A stretch of DNA of 64,000 bases, from positions 62,001 through 126,000 of the forward strand of contig ADNK01001725.1 of NCBI GenBank assembly GCA_000320545.1, in the 5' to 3' direction. Below are positions 41,091-53,444 of this stretch, piece after piece (position 1 is the first letter of the stretch; every line of letters begins with the position of its first letter). The position numbers and the translations under genes are program-made. The notes beneath the pieces are model-generated. The model was not told the origin of the DNA. It worked only from the letters and a program-made list of their open reading frames with translations, and searched no databases. This stretch comes from Bigelowiella natans CCMP2755. Lineage: Eukaryota > Protista > Cercozoa.

Positions 41091-42188
41091 ATGGAGCACA
41101 ATTACAGTCTTCACAATGTTGAAACAGCCCCCTTCCGCCGTCGACGCGGCCTCAGTGGCTGTTCGAAATGGACAAATTTGATGAAAGCAGGCGCTGGAGC
41201 TGTTGTGGTTCTCATAGTTTTGTTCCTTTCTCATGCAACATTGGCTCAAGGTTCAGGAAAAGGTTCATGGTTGGGATATGCAATGAGAGGAAACACTCCA
41301 AAACACAGAGCGGCAAGCAATCCTATCCGTAGCAACGTTCTGGACTCACGTAGTTTCACCTCCGGACACCCAGTGTTCGCGGCAAAGCGGCCAGATGTTC
41401 GCGCAGAGTCATGGCGAATCGATCCATGGCGAATCGACCCTTTTGGAATATTTGTTAGCTCTCCATCATATAATCGAAGAATGCAGAATGACTTTTTTGA
41501 TCTATTCGACGAATTTGCAGATATGGAAGACTACTTACTCGCACGAAGAAGAGCGAGAGAAGCTTACAACGATGCAATTAAGGAGACTATGAAGGGGAAG
41601 GAAAACCGTGATGATGCCCCTCATGCTAAGCAAGCCGTCGCTCGTAGGCGACCAACAACAAATAAGGAACTTGAAATCGATACTCCATTTGGGCTCTCTA
41701 CGTTAGGTAAAACGTGGAGCATTCCTGATCTCCAAACTTCGCACACGAAAGATGCTTATCAGTACACCTTTGATGTTCAAGGAATGGATCGGGACAACTT
41801 GAAACTCTCCATTCAGGACAACATTATTATAATTGAAGGGAACAAAATGGTAGAGACTGATAATGGATACCACAGTTCGAGTTTCAAGCGTTCATTCTCA
41901 CTACCAGAGGATGCGAATCTAGACTCCCTGCGTACTCAAGAACTAGCTGATGGACGGCTAATGTTATCAGCAAAGAGGAAGATTCCACTTCCCGAGACTG
42001 AAGGTAACATGCGTGAAATTGCAATTGAGCGCCTTCCACGTGAAAGTAAAAACAAAGACATGGCTGCAACGGAACAAGACGAAGGAAGCCCAGTGCGTGG
42101 GAGGGCACCGAAGGCTTCAGCAGCTAATGATGGCACAGTTTCTGATGTTCCTCCGGAGAAACCGGGTCCAAGCGAAGCATCAAGTTAG
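41091..42188 (+). CDS. Small heat shock protein (HSP20/alpha-crystallin domain) with N-terminal hydrophobic targeting segment; intronless
   Basis: Uninterrupted ORF from ATG 41091. Hydrophobic stretch AGAVVVLIVLFLSHATLA. The alpha-crystallin domain reads PDLQTSHTKDAYQYTFDVQGMDRDNLKLSIQDNIIIIEG...SFKRSFSLPEDANLDSL..LADGRLML, followed by the I-x-I motif REIAIE. Confidence 0.92.
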   Translation: MEHNYSLHNVETAPFRRRRGLSGCSKWTNLMKAGAGAVVVLIVLFLSHATLAQGSGKGSWLGYAMRGNTPKHRAASNPIRSNVLDSRSFTSGHPVFAAKRPDVRAESWRIDPWRIDPFGIFVSSPSYNRRMQNDFFDLFDEFADMEDYLLARRRAREAYNDAIKETMKGKENRDDAPHAKQAVARRRPTTNKELEIDTPFGLSTLGKTWSIPDLQTSHTKDAYQYTFDVQGMDRDNLKLSIQDNIIIIEGNKMVETDNGYHSSSFKRSFSLPEDANLDSLRTQELADGRLMLSAKRKIPLPETEGNMREIAIERLPRESKNKDMAATEQDEGSPVRGRAPKASAANDGTVSDVPPEKPGPSEASS

Positions 42189-42399
42189 TTTCTGCTTTTC
42201 ATGGGAATCTATCCACAAATGAACATTCGCTTCAAATCATGCGTAGGTCCCAACGTAGAAGTGCAAAAAGGGGTTTAGCAATTCTTTCAAATGCCTCAAT
42301 GCTGACGTCATGTGGCCTTGCGAAGCCTGATGTTGTAGACACGTACTACGCTAATCTGCAAATAAGTCGAATGTGTTCGGGAAATTCTTGCGATTTGTG

Positions 42400-42935
42400 G
42401 CGCTTCGATTCGCTATGTGACACATCGCAGAATCTACCCACATCTCAAGTCTAGATTTGCCCCTCATGCTAGCATGCCTTATGACTGCTCGACGCATGCA
42501 TGCATCGCTACGCGAGCCTGTTAACCATGCAACAATGAAGCTCGCATTGCACGATGCTGGAACAATGTGGCGTGGGGTTTTTCTACATGTGCGTGCAAAA
42601 TATGCAAAATGTTTCGAACCATTCACACACGCATGCACAGTAACACGCACGTGTAATAAATGGCATTCATCGATGTCCATCATCATCAGCACATTTGGTT
42701 GTGCTTAAGATGGCACAAGAAGACACTCACCTGGCAGATGCATCTCGCATCATCACAACATGCATGTGCGATGCACATACCTAGCTAGCTATGCTAGCAT
42801 AGCTAGATGAGCTAGCGCGCATGACAATTAGAGAGTGCATCAGATGTTTGATGCAACACTTCTGTTCATTCATGCTTCCACCTGTTCAATTTGCACGGCA
42901 TCGCATGACTCGCACATCGTCAACAGACATCAACT
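42400..42935. other. Palindrome-rich intergenic island
   Basis: CATGCTAGCATG at 42465-42476 and a perfect 22-bp palindrome CTAGCTATGCTAGCATAGCTAG at 42785-42806. Lies between convergent genes. Confidence 0.8.
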
Positions 42936-43130
42936 AAAATTGAACCGCATGTTTTTTGTGCTGATTCAAATATAATAGTGCATTGTGTCATGCTTTCTTC
43001 CTCTCCATCTTCATTTTGTTTCTCTTCATTCATGTAATTATACAATCCTGATTGCCTAGGTAAGAATGTGAACACTAATTATTGTGTAATTTGCACAATG
43101 AATGATTACAGTATACTCTACTGGATCATT

Positions 43131-43166
<36 letters not shown>

Positions 43167-43499
43167 TCGAAACGATTCCTCCTTTGTTTGTCATTTCCCA
43201 TTTTCCAGAGCCTGCGTGCAGTAGCATTTTATCAAGCTGCAAGGAACAATGTCAAAGAAGAGATAAGATAATATGATCTCTGCATAAAAATTAATATGAT
43301 CGTTGCCTTGGATCATCAATTCTTAATTCTTTGGGACACACATGCACGCATGCGCGCGTGTGCGCGCTCACACACACACACACACACACATACACACACT
43401 TTAATATAGGCTTCAGATGATGCCAACTGTGATGGAGAGACAGGATACCTACTCAGTACAATGCAATAACACAGCAGCAGCAATGACATCACCATTTGA

Positions 43500-43875
43500 A
43501 TTTATGCTGCTTGAGTTACGCAAATACCAAAGTTGCCGTTTACAGCCAGTCACCAATGGAAGGATGGTTTAAAAACTTAAATAGCAGAAAGAATTTATTA
43601 TTATTATGTGCTACTATCATCTCACGATCCAGCCAATGGACATGATGGTGTGATCTATTACTTCTCTCCCCCCCTTCCAAGTTCTATTTCTCACCCAAAG
43701 TATCGTAGCGTAGTTATATCCTTTGCATTGAGAACTAAGGGAGTACTTGCAGTTGACGTTCTTCCTAGCCTTTGATTATTATCATTATTATTATTCAGGG
43801 CAGCGTGGAGGAACACAGGAACAACAGTGACTTTGCATGGAACACTAGCTGCTTCAGCTAGGCATTAGTGCATAA

Positions 43876-43925
<50 letters not shown>

Positions 43926-44462
43926 GTCGTAACGTATACTAATATCCAGTGGTAGGTAGCCTTCCTACCTACCTACCTACCTACCAGGCAGTCAAACTGT
44001 TGTTGTATATTGCCTGCTTAACCTTGTATATTGTTGATGATGGCGATTCAATACAATACAATACAATACAATACAATACAATAAATAGTATGGCTGGCGA
44101 GAATTGAATGGATATTAGTGATTATCGTCATCACCATCACCATCACCATCATCATCAACGCATGCACGGTGTTTACTCCTATGAAATAACAATATAACAA
44201 TAATAATGCTACAACATACATTTATTGATAAACAAGAACATACGTCATCTGTGGACTTCTCGGTGTTTGAAACTTGGATCTTTCGAGTAGTGTTCCCTCC
44301 TCCTTTACCAACTAATCTATATGCAGTGCGTAAACTATTATTGATTTATCGATAAATTTGAACAATCTCTAAGGTGCAGGAGGAGAAAAAGGGGGTAACA
44401 GAATGGCACCCATCTTAACGTATTCCATGCGAAAGCAAGCTGTTACTGCAATGTACTTCAAC

Positions 44463-44494
<32 letters not shown>

Positions 44495-44904
44495 TATGAT
44501 ATTGTGTCATTATTATTCTTACTGAATCAAGCTCATAGCAAACTACCTTTCGTGGTGCATCATTTGACCGTGAAAAGGAATTCCTACATTAGGTAATAAT
44601 AATATTCAAACTTGAACACGACGGCCTAGAGTGCGTGTACTACTACTACTACTACTACTATTACTACTACTACTATATACTGCATAATACCATATTGTAG
44701 TGGTGTGTCTTCATTATTATTACATTTTTAGATATGATTTGTGCAATGCTACTGGGGCTAGTACTATAACTAACATAACGATGATAACGATGATGACAGC
44801 GACGACCTAAGAACTTGCTGATTTTTCTTAGTATCTCTTCCGTGTGTAGAATCAGCTAGATAGTAGTAGGTAGTAATAGTAAGAGATGTTGGTGCTGGTG
44901 GATT

Positions 44905-44942
<38 letters not shown>

Positions 44943-45321
44943 CGTGTGGAAACAAAGAGAACGTCATTATTATTATTATTACTATTACTATTACCGTTAC
45001 TTGGGTCAACGACATAAATATGATGAATCGTTATAAAAAACATGCATATCTGCTGCAGTTGTTCCTGCCGTTGTTACTTCACAATGGGGCTAGGTACAAT
45101 ATTTCTCTTAATATACGTGTACTTGTCCACTTGATCCCTACTACTCTTATGGCTGCTACTACGTTAATTCACATTCTCCTCCTCCTCCTCCCCACCATCT
45201 CTCCTCCAACTTACTCGCTCATAGCGCGGTTTATGCATATATCCTTCCCAAAATTATTACATCTATACCGTGAAATGAAGAGGAGGATAAATCGAAAAGT
45301 AAGTAGAATCAATGAATCAAT

Positions 45322-45352
<31 letters not shown>

Positions 45353-46012
45353 CGACGATGATGATGATGATGATGATGGCTAACAAAGAACCATTGTCGT
45401 AGTAGTAGTAGGTGTAGTAGTAGTAGTAGTAGCATGTCTTGATGGAGATAGATAGCAGCCAACATAGTAGTTGAATGATAACTAGGATGATGAATAGAAA
45501 AGGCTGCTGCTGTTGCTACTAATCATGGAGAAGGAGGGAGGGGAGGAGGAGGAGGAGGAGGAGGAGGAGGATGAGGAGAATAGTATGGGATAATAATATT
45601 GTGTACTACAAAGCACAGGATGAATAACAAGTCTTAGTAGTAGTAGTATGGCAAGTGGTAGTAAGTAGTTGTTCATAGTTCTAGTACTAATATATCTTAT
45701 CCTACTTGTTGTAGCTCCTCATGCTAAAATGCTTCCACATATCAAACCTATTTGTTTGTTAGTATACAAAGAAAGAAAGTAAGTAAGAATGAGGAAGAGA
45801 AGGCGGAAGGACATTAGGGTGCTGCTTACATCTTTCTGGAGTCGGTAGTATCGACATTCTTTATTTTCACCTATAAATAGATGATAGCATTCATTGATTT
45901 GTACACGTAGTAGTAGTAGTATATGTTAAATGACTGAGAGGACGACGACATCATTTGTCTTCAGTCTTTAATTTCCTTCACATCCGGCATTTTCACCACA
46001 CACACACGCGCG

Positions 46013-46064
<52 letters not shown>

Positions 46065-47697
46065 CTATATATTATGATGACTCAATACGATTTATATATG
46101 AGTGATACTTACCCCTCTTCTTTGTAGACTACTAACAACAGCTCTTCCATCACGAATAATATGAATAAACCTATCATGGAGGAGGATAACGTAGAGGGTA
46201 TATTATTTTAGGAGGAGCCGCTAGATGATTCAATAATAGCAATAATACATCCACATCTACTTTTACTACGACTGCTACCAGTGGTGACTAGTTCTACCTT
46301 GCTTTGCCTTGTCCTCCTTGTCCTCCTCCTCCTCCTCCTCCTCCTCCTCCTCCTCCTCCTCCTCCCCCTCCATATATTTCTACAATTTCCCTTATCATCG
46401 TCAATAAATATTGAAATGAGGATAATTCGGTGATGATGATGCACGCAAGGGAAGCTGATTAGTAGTATGAGTAAGAAGAAGAAGCTAGTATAGCTACGAT
46501 GATGATGATGATGATGATAATACCTAATATGGTTGATTATAAATGGGTCCTTAGTACATATTAACGGACTACTGTGATGATCATTGTGATGATCATCATC
46601 AACGTACTGCTGCTCCTGATGATAGCATACGAAGAAGAACAAGAACAAGAAGAAGAAGAAAAAGAAGGCAAACTACATGGTTGAATAATCTCCTCGTCAT
46701 TTATACTTCTGCTTTCTCCTCCTCCCCTCCCTCCCCTCCCCCTCCCTCCTCCTCCTCCTCCTGCTACACAGAAGGTGGTGTATAGTTTATATACAGTGTG
46801 AAACCACAACAACAACAACAACTTGCAGCAGGAGCAGAAGAAGGCCTATTCAACTGCTATGTTGTGAATCTAACAGCTATATTCTCCTTCTTATATCTGC
46901 ACTCTACTACCATCGTTCTTCTTCCTTCTCCTTGACTAATTATTAGAGAGAGACAGCAGAGAGGTAATACACACAACAAAGGTGATCGATCACATATCAT
47001 CATCACCATCTTCTTCTTCTCCTTCCCCTTTCTGATGATGCTCCTACCCCTTCATCATGTTTGGCATCATCTTTCTTTCTTTCTGACTATGATATTGATT
47101 TTGGTTCCTTCGTTTGGTTTTAGCATTTTGATCATTACAATCGGCCAGTGACTCATCATCATTCTACTATAATATATGTAGTAGTAGTAGTAGTAGTAGT
47201 AGTAGTATACACAAAAACATAGTACACTACTGCTACTTACTACTCTTATCACCCTTGAATGATAGTATCTAAGAAATTCTTGACAGCTCGTTGCATTAAG
47301 CTCTCAGATATACCTAATCATGTTTGTCGCATACATATACATAACATGATTATGTTGTTTCATTAAGCTCTCAGATATACCTAATCATGTTTGTCGCATA
47401 CATATACATAACATGATTATGTTGTTTCATTAAGCTCTCAGATATACCTAATCATGTTTGTCACATACATATACATAACATGATTATGTTGTTGCATTAA
47501 GCTCTCAGATATACCTAATCATGTTGTCGCACACATAATAAATACTAGTACTACTATGCTACTCGTGCTGCTTCCTCTCTCTCAGCAGCAGCAGCGGCAT
47601 ACCCACCACTCACCTGCATTCTCTAGCTTCTTGCTATAAATTCTGAATAATGAGTTTAGATCATTGTTGTACATTATCGTGTTTGTAGCAGTGAATT

Positions 47698-47744
<47 letters not shown>

Positions 47745-50102
47745 CGGCGACGACGACCTAATACACCGTGTTTGCAGTAGTGGATTAACAATAATGTCAT
47801 AATTCTAAATATCGTCATTATTATCTTCAACAATTCCTAAATTTCTCACCATCAATATCGTCATTATTGTATATTTTACTTACTACCGAGTGATCGATTC
47901 AGCGCTCATTGATTCTTCTTGATATTGGGGAGAATTAGCATTGCTGATGTTCCTCCTGTTTTTCTCCTTTTCATTGTCATCACGTTTAATCTTGGTATAG
48001 TATTTGCGTTGTATCTGGCCCAGAAACCTACATTATCATCACCGTCATCATCATCATCATCATCATCATTATCAGATAACTATACAACTCTGATTCTCAC
48101 CATGGTAAAACCCTGGTCTCTCTCTCACAATGTACCTGAAGGAGCAATGAGGAAGTGAAAGAGGTGATTGAAGGAAAAAAGCAACACTTCATCATAAGAT
48201 CCATCATGGAGAATAATAACTGACAGTCACGATTACTTAATTGAGAGTACTACGTTTATTCTTACTAGTTTTGTTTACTAGTACACACTTACATACATAC
48301 TTACTTACTTACCAAAGGATGGGAACCAAGCATGACACGTAGTAGCGTAGTCCCTGATTGTACCATCAAACCCTCATCAACCCATAATAAATTCATAGAG
48401 ACAAAACTGTAGTGTAAAATTCAAAATTAAAGACATCATGCTACAAGAATGAGTAGATGATGAGACAATGATGAATTGAGGGAAGAATACGCCATAATAC
48501 ACTACCTGATCCTGGAAAACCGCCAATGAAGATATAGCGTAACTCTTCTCCATGGAATGATATGTTGCTTTTGCTGCGGTCAGTGAACCTTGATCAATAG
48601 ATTCAAATAATGATATAAGAAAAAACCTTTTAAAAGTGATAAGTTGCAAAATACTACTCTTATTCATTATTTAAGGAAAAACAGTTTAAAAGTAGTATCT
48701 GGTTTAAAATTGCTACTCTTATTCATTACTGTATTGAATCATTCCTATCTTCATTTGCAGCTGGAAGTAAGTGGGTAGTAGTTTCTCCTATGTTCAAAAC
48801 TGTATGCATATAGGCCTGGTTGTGATGGGACGCATGCAAGAAAGACAAGCATGAGGTATCCTCGATTTTCACAATGATATTATTGTTTAAGCTTAAAATA
48901 TTACCAGGGAATATATGTACGCCAGCAGGAATAAGACGTGAAAAAATAATAGCATACGGCCACCGTTTCCCTTGAAATTGTGCTGTGTACACGAAAAAAG
49001 GCGGAGGGGGGAGTGATAGGTAGTAGAAGTAAGAAATATCTTTGGTTGGTGCAGGATAGATGTCGGAATAACAATTAGAGTAGCAAGTCATGTCAGCATA
49101 CATCTATATTGTCATGCACACGTAGATACCACCATTGAGAGAGAGAGAGAGAGAGAGAGAGTTGCCACTAGTAGTCAAACACAGGCTGCTGCACTCCAAT
49201 GCAGCTCGTCTTTTACAACCACTTAATAGGGGCTGCCTCAGTGTGCACAGCCATCGAAAGTAGTATCCACGGTTCTCTTCCTTGCTTTCCTCCACCTTCT
49301 CCTCCTCTTACTTGTACTTCTATCTGCACTGCATAGTCCAATATTTGCAGACTCTTGTTATGCGTCCCTGCCCCTCCTCCATGTTTACATCATCATCATC
49401 ATTATCATCATCATCATCATCATCATCGTTTTCGGGTAAATGTTGCCCTTCGGGCTTCTTCCGCTTCCTCTTCTTCCGCGACAGAAGAGGACGGCGAAGA
49501 AGAAGAAAGAGGGTTGGTTTCAAGCACAGCGACAACACATTGAAATATGTCGCAAGGGGGTAAAGGGCTAGAGGAAGCTATTACTAGCAGTAGGGTTTGA
49601 TCTTAATCCCGTTGTTGTTGTTCTCCTGGAATAACATTCATCCCCCCTCCACCCACCCACATAACATAAACATATTATTACAACGAACTCTGCTAAGAAG
49701 AAGATACCATCGTACTCCTGGTGTTGCTCAACATGCAACAACATCTTATGATGTATCAAACCTCCCACCCAGCTGCAATAATGAGGCCACGGGGGGAGGG
49801 ACGAAAGTTTGCGCGCTGGAGCAACAAGATCTCCGCAGTTATTATGATGGTATACTCCTCCCTCCTATATATCTCCTACCTAATCTTGCTATTGCTGGTG
49901 CTGCAGTTACTACTGCCACTAGCTACTGCTGCTTTGCCCAGCTCATCAATGGTTCGACTTGCTATTTGCTGCAACTACTTATTGCCTTAACACAGCGCTT
50001 TCCACCACCTCCACCACCATCGTCATCATTATCATTATCACCAACATCATCATCTTGTTTCTTATGAAGATAGTCACCAAGCTCTTGTGTGTTTTCCTTC
50101 AT
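43500..50102 (-). CDS. Hypothetical multi-exon gene (possibly more than one); product unrecognised
   Basis: A chain of non-repetitive GT-AG-bounded segments lies between microsatellite introns, e.g. MKENTQELGDYLHKKQ, IDQGSLTAAKATYHSMEKSYAISSLAVFQDQ, TIMYNNDLNSLFRIYSKKLENA, ISESLMQRAVKNFLDTIIQ and LFILFVMEELLLVVYKE. Both ends are uncertain. Confidence 0.45.
47290..47536. repeat. 67-bp tandem repeat x~3.6 spanning an intron-exon junction
   Basis: Unit gttgcattaagctctcagatatacctaatcatgtttgtcgcatacatatacataacatgattatgtt; cattaag recurs at 47294, 47361, 47428 and 47495. Confidence 0.95.
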
Positions 50103-50321
50103 TTCTTAGACAACAGCAGCTGTTGCCCTTCTACTGATCATGAATGTTGGACAAAGAGGAGGCTCCTCCTCACGGTTCTGGTCTCTCATTGATCATGGTG
50201 GAGATTACCCAATACTAGATTCAGAACCGACGCCCCTACACGTAAGGAGGCACTATGAATCTATGTGCGTGGCACGAATATGATGATGGCGCATTACATT
50301 GCATAAGTTACAAAAACACCC

Positions 50322-50621
50322 AATGATGCATGTATGCATGGTACAGCCTCTTCTCGGTTTCTCATGCTGGCCATTTGGACGTAATAGCACTAGTAATCGA
50401 TGGCGAAAAGATCTTAAGGTACTCATCAGTTCTGTGGCTAGTAAGACGGATAACAACAATGATGATGAGTGGAGTCAGTGAGTGGAAGAAGAAACCTCAA
50501 TACCCATAGTTTTGCTACCACTAATACCACTTCTACTACTACTACTACTACTACCACTACTACAACTACTTTGACAAAAACAAGGGGGAAAACAGTCATG
50601 CTGCCCATAGTTCTGCTATTA

Positions 50622-50660
<39 letters not shown>

Positions 50661-51788
50661 AGCCAAAAGCAAGGTGCCAAATGCATACATAAATGCAGCA
50701 AACATCTTTCTGCGATTATTATGATGATCTTCATTATTTCCTTCTTCTTCCATTCGTCAATTAACAGTGGATCACAAAGAAGCTCATGGATGCTAGTTTC
50801 AGAAACACGGATAAGAATCGTAGCGGCTATTTAGAGGTAGCAGTCGGCAGTTGTAGTGCTTCAGCAATCATCATCAACTTCTGCTGATGCTTGTACTACT
50901 ATCAAATAGATTAGTCAACAACAACAACAACAACAACAACAAGTATTGATGACAATGACGACGAAGATGATGCTGATTATACGATTTTGAGCGCGAGAAA
51001 GTGACGACCTAATGAAGGAGATTTCGAAACACTGAATATTATCCTCCTCAACTTATCAATTAGCTTGAAGACGTTATTCCGATGATGCACGTTTTCTACT
51101 TTGTCTCCAAGCTTGATTTGATCGATTATTTGGTGGAAGATCTACCAGAATCTCAGGTAATACTCTGACGATGTGATCGATGCATTATTCACTGACTGAT
51201 GAGTTATCCTTCTCAAAAAGGAGAGAATGTATACTACTAAAACTGCTACTACTACTACCCTGTTACTTTTGAGAAGAAGCAACAGCAAGCATTTCTCATC
51301 ATCATCTCTTTATCCTTTTATCATTGCTATCATTTCCTTGCCTATCGTTTAATCTTCTTTATGCATTATTGAATGGGTATGGGACAACACATGTAACTAC
51401 TACTACTACTACTACTACTACTTACTATCGTGATCAGATGAATGCTACTGCCACTGCTCTGGCTCAAGAGTACTTTGGGAATGTTACCACCGAGACTTAT
51501 CAGGTGAAGAATAATAATGGTGGTGATGATTTAGATAATATTCTATTATCACGTGAGGAAGAGGACAATTATGTTTGCCATAGTAGTAGTAGTAGTAGCA
51601 CAAAAAAACAACGAGAAGAAGAAGAAGGAGGATCTGCTGCCTTGACAGTGAATCATCGTATGTAGTGGCTACTGGAAAAAAGCTGTATTAGTATTAGGAG
51701 ACGAGAGGAGCACTAAATTGTTGCATCATTCATCATCATCATTTTCCTAAAGACGCCCTCTCTGTTTATTTTTCATTCTCTCTCTTTT

Positions 51789-51828
<40 letters not shown>

Positions 51829-52480
51829 CGCTTGTTGTTCTCCTCCTCCTCCTCCTCTTTCGTTCTTTCTTTGAAAAGGAAGAGGCTCGTGCTTTCATCT
51901 TAAAGCTTGATCAGGATAAAGACGGAAAGCTGTCAAGGTTGGTCACAACAACTACAACACTGACTGTTTGTTTGTTGGAGTATTCGTTGATATTACCTCC
52001 TGCTGTTACTGCTGCATCTTTGATATGTTTCATATGTCAAGCTACTATCGTGTTAATATTATTTGATGTACAGCAGCAGCTTGTTATTTTTCCTTCTAAT
52101 AAGAAGTGATAATGACGACGACGGTGGTGATGATGATGATGATGATAAATACAGGAGAGACATTGACACTGCCTTCCAAGAGCTATATCAGGTTGATGAA
52201 TAAATGATAAGAAGAGGAAGAGATTATGTGACCGATTAAATGAAGAGATATTGCAATATCACCATCGTTATCATCGTCATATTATTACTTACTATTAGTG
52301 ATAAGCATGTGTTAAGTATTTATTGTTAATTATTGAATATTTCTATATTATTATTTACTATTCCCAGGAATTTGATAAAGCAGCCATGTCACCAGAGCAA
52401 TTCATAACGCTCCTGTATGTATGTATGTATGTATGCATGCATGTATGTAGTAGTAACAATTTGGCAGGAGGGCATGATAG

Positions 52481-52516
<36 letters not shown>

Positions 52517-52885
52517 ATTGTATACGCTCCTTAAAATAACAAGTGGTAGATAGTAGCAGCATCAGCAGCAGCAGAAGAAGAAGGAGAAGGGAGAACAAGA
52601 TAATAAGTACAGTAATGATGCTAGTGGGTGGTATTTTGGCAAAGAATGAGTATGTTCCTTTTTCTCTCTCTCTCTCTCTCCCCTTCTCTTTCTATTTCTC
52701 TGATTTGTATTATACAATTCTGGTTCCTCAGGAGTTATTTCATCGGAAGCTTATATCGATTAGGTAGTGTTGGTGTTGGTGCTACTGTGCTTTATTTTAC
52801 TGCTGAAGCTTCTGACGTTGTTGTGGTTTTGCCGTACTTATGATGAACTTCCACAGTAACAATTCCTATGATGATGATGATGATT

Positions 52886-52916
<31 letters not shown>

Positions 52917-53444
52917 CTACCACGATAAGGGTGATAAGCACAAAAGAATGAGGTGTAATTAGTTTAAAAAGAGAAACTGCTATTAATGAAATGTCTTCGT
53001 GGTGTTATGTACTCATCATCATCATCATCATCATCCTCATCATCATCACCATCACTTGTTTATGATATCAGGCATGTTAAATGGTGAAGCATTGGCGACA
53101 ACAAACCTTTTGAATGTAATGTAGCAGCAGCAGCAGCAGCAGCCAGTCAATTTAGAAATGACGTTGTATAGCATTATTTACACGAAGAAGGCGTAGCAGA
53201 GCCATCATCGTTCATGATGTATGAGTATTCTTCTGCTCCTTAATGGTAGTAATAGTAGTAGTATCTTATCAGTTGTGTATGTAAATCAATCATTCAATCA
53301 TCAGATTGTGGACACAACGAAAGAGCCTAAGGAGGCCATTGCAGCTGTTTTAGCGTATATAAAGACGCTGAGGAAACTAGAAAGAGAAAGTTATCAGAAA
53401 AGCAAAAAAAAAGTAATAAGAAAGAAAAAGAAGGATAAAAAATG
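50322..53444 (+). CDS. EF-hand protein with basic C-terminus (multi-exon; start uncertain)
   Basis: Exons give SFRNTDKNRSGYLE|LED (EF-hand 1, ~50790-51075) and FILKLDQDKDGKLSR|RD (EF-hand 2, ~51880-52160). The last exon ends KKKVIRKKKKDKK* at 53444. Confidence 0.72.

Noticed and set aside
11015-42188. Functional cluster of plastid-targeted genes (FtsH-like, PSY, HSP20)
   Set aside because: They are interspersed with unrelated genes, share no pathway, and are compatible with chance.
47290-47536. Possible CRISPR-like array (also 11615-11756)
   Set aside because: The units are contiguous and near-identical, with no unique spacers and no cas genes, in a eukaryotic intronic context.
49980-49990. 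Possible GC-AG intron (aag|gcaata on the minus strand)
   Set aside because: Alternative GT donors are available and the gene model is too uncertain.
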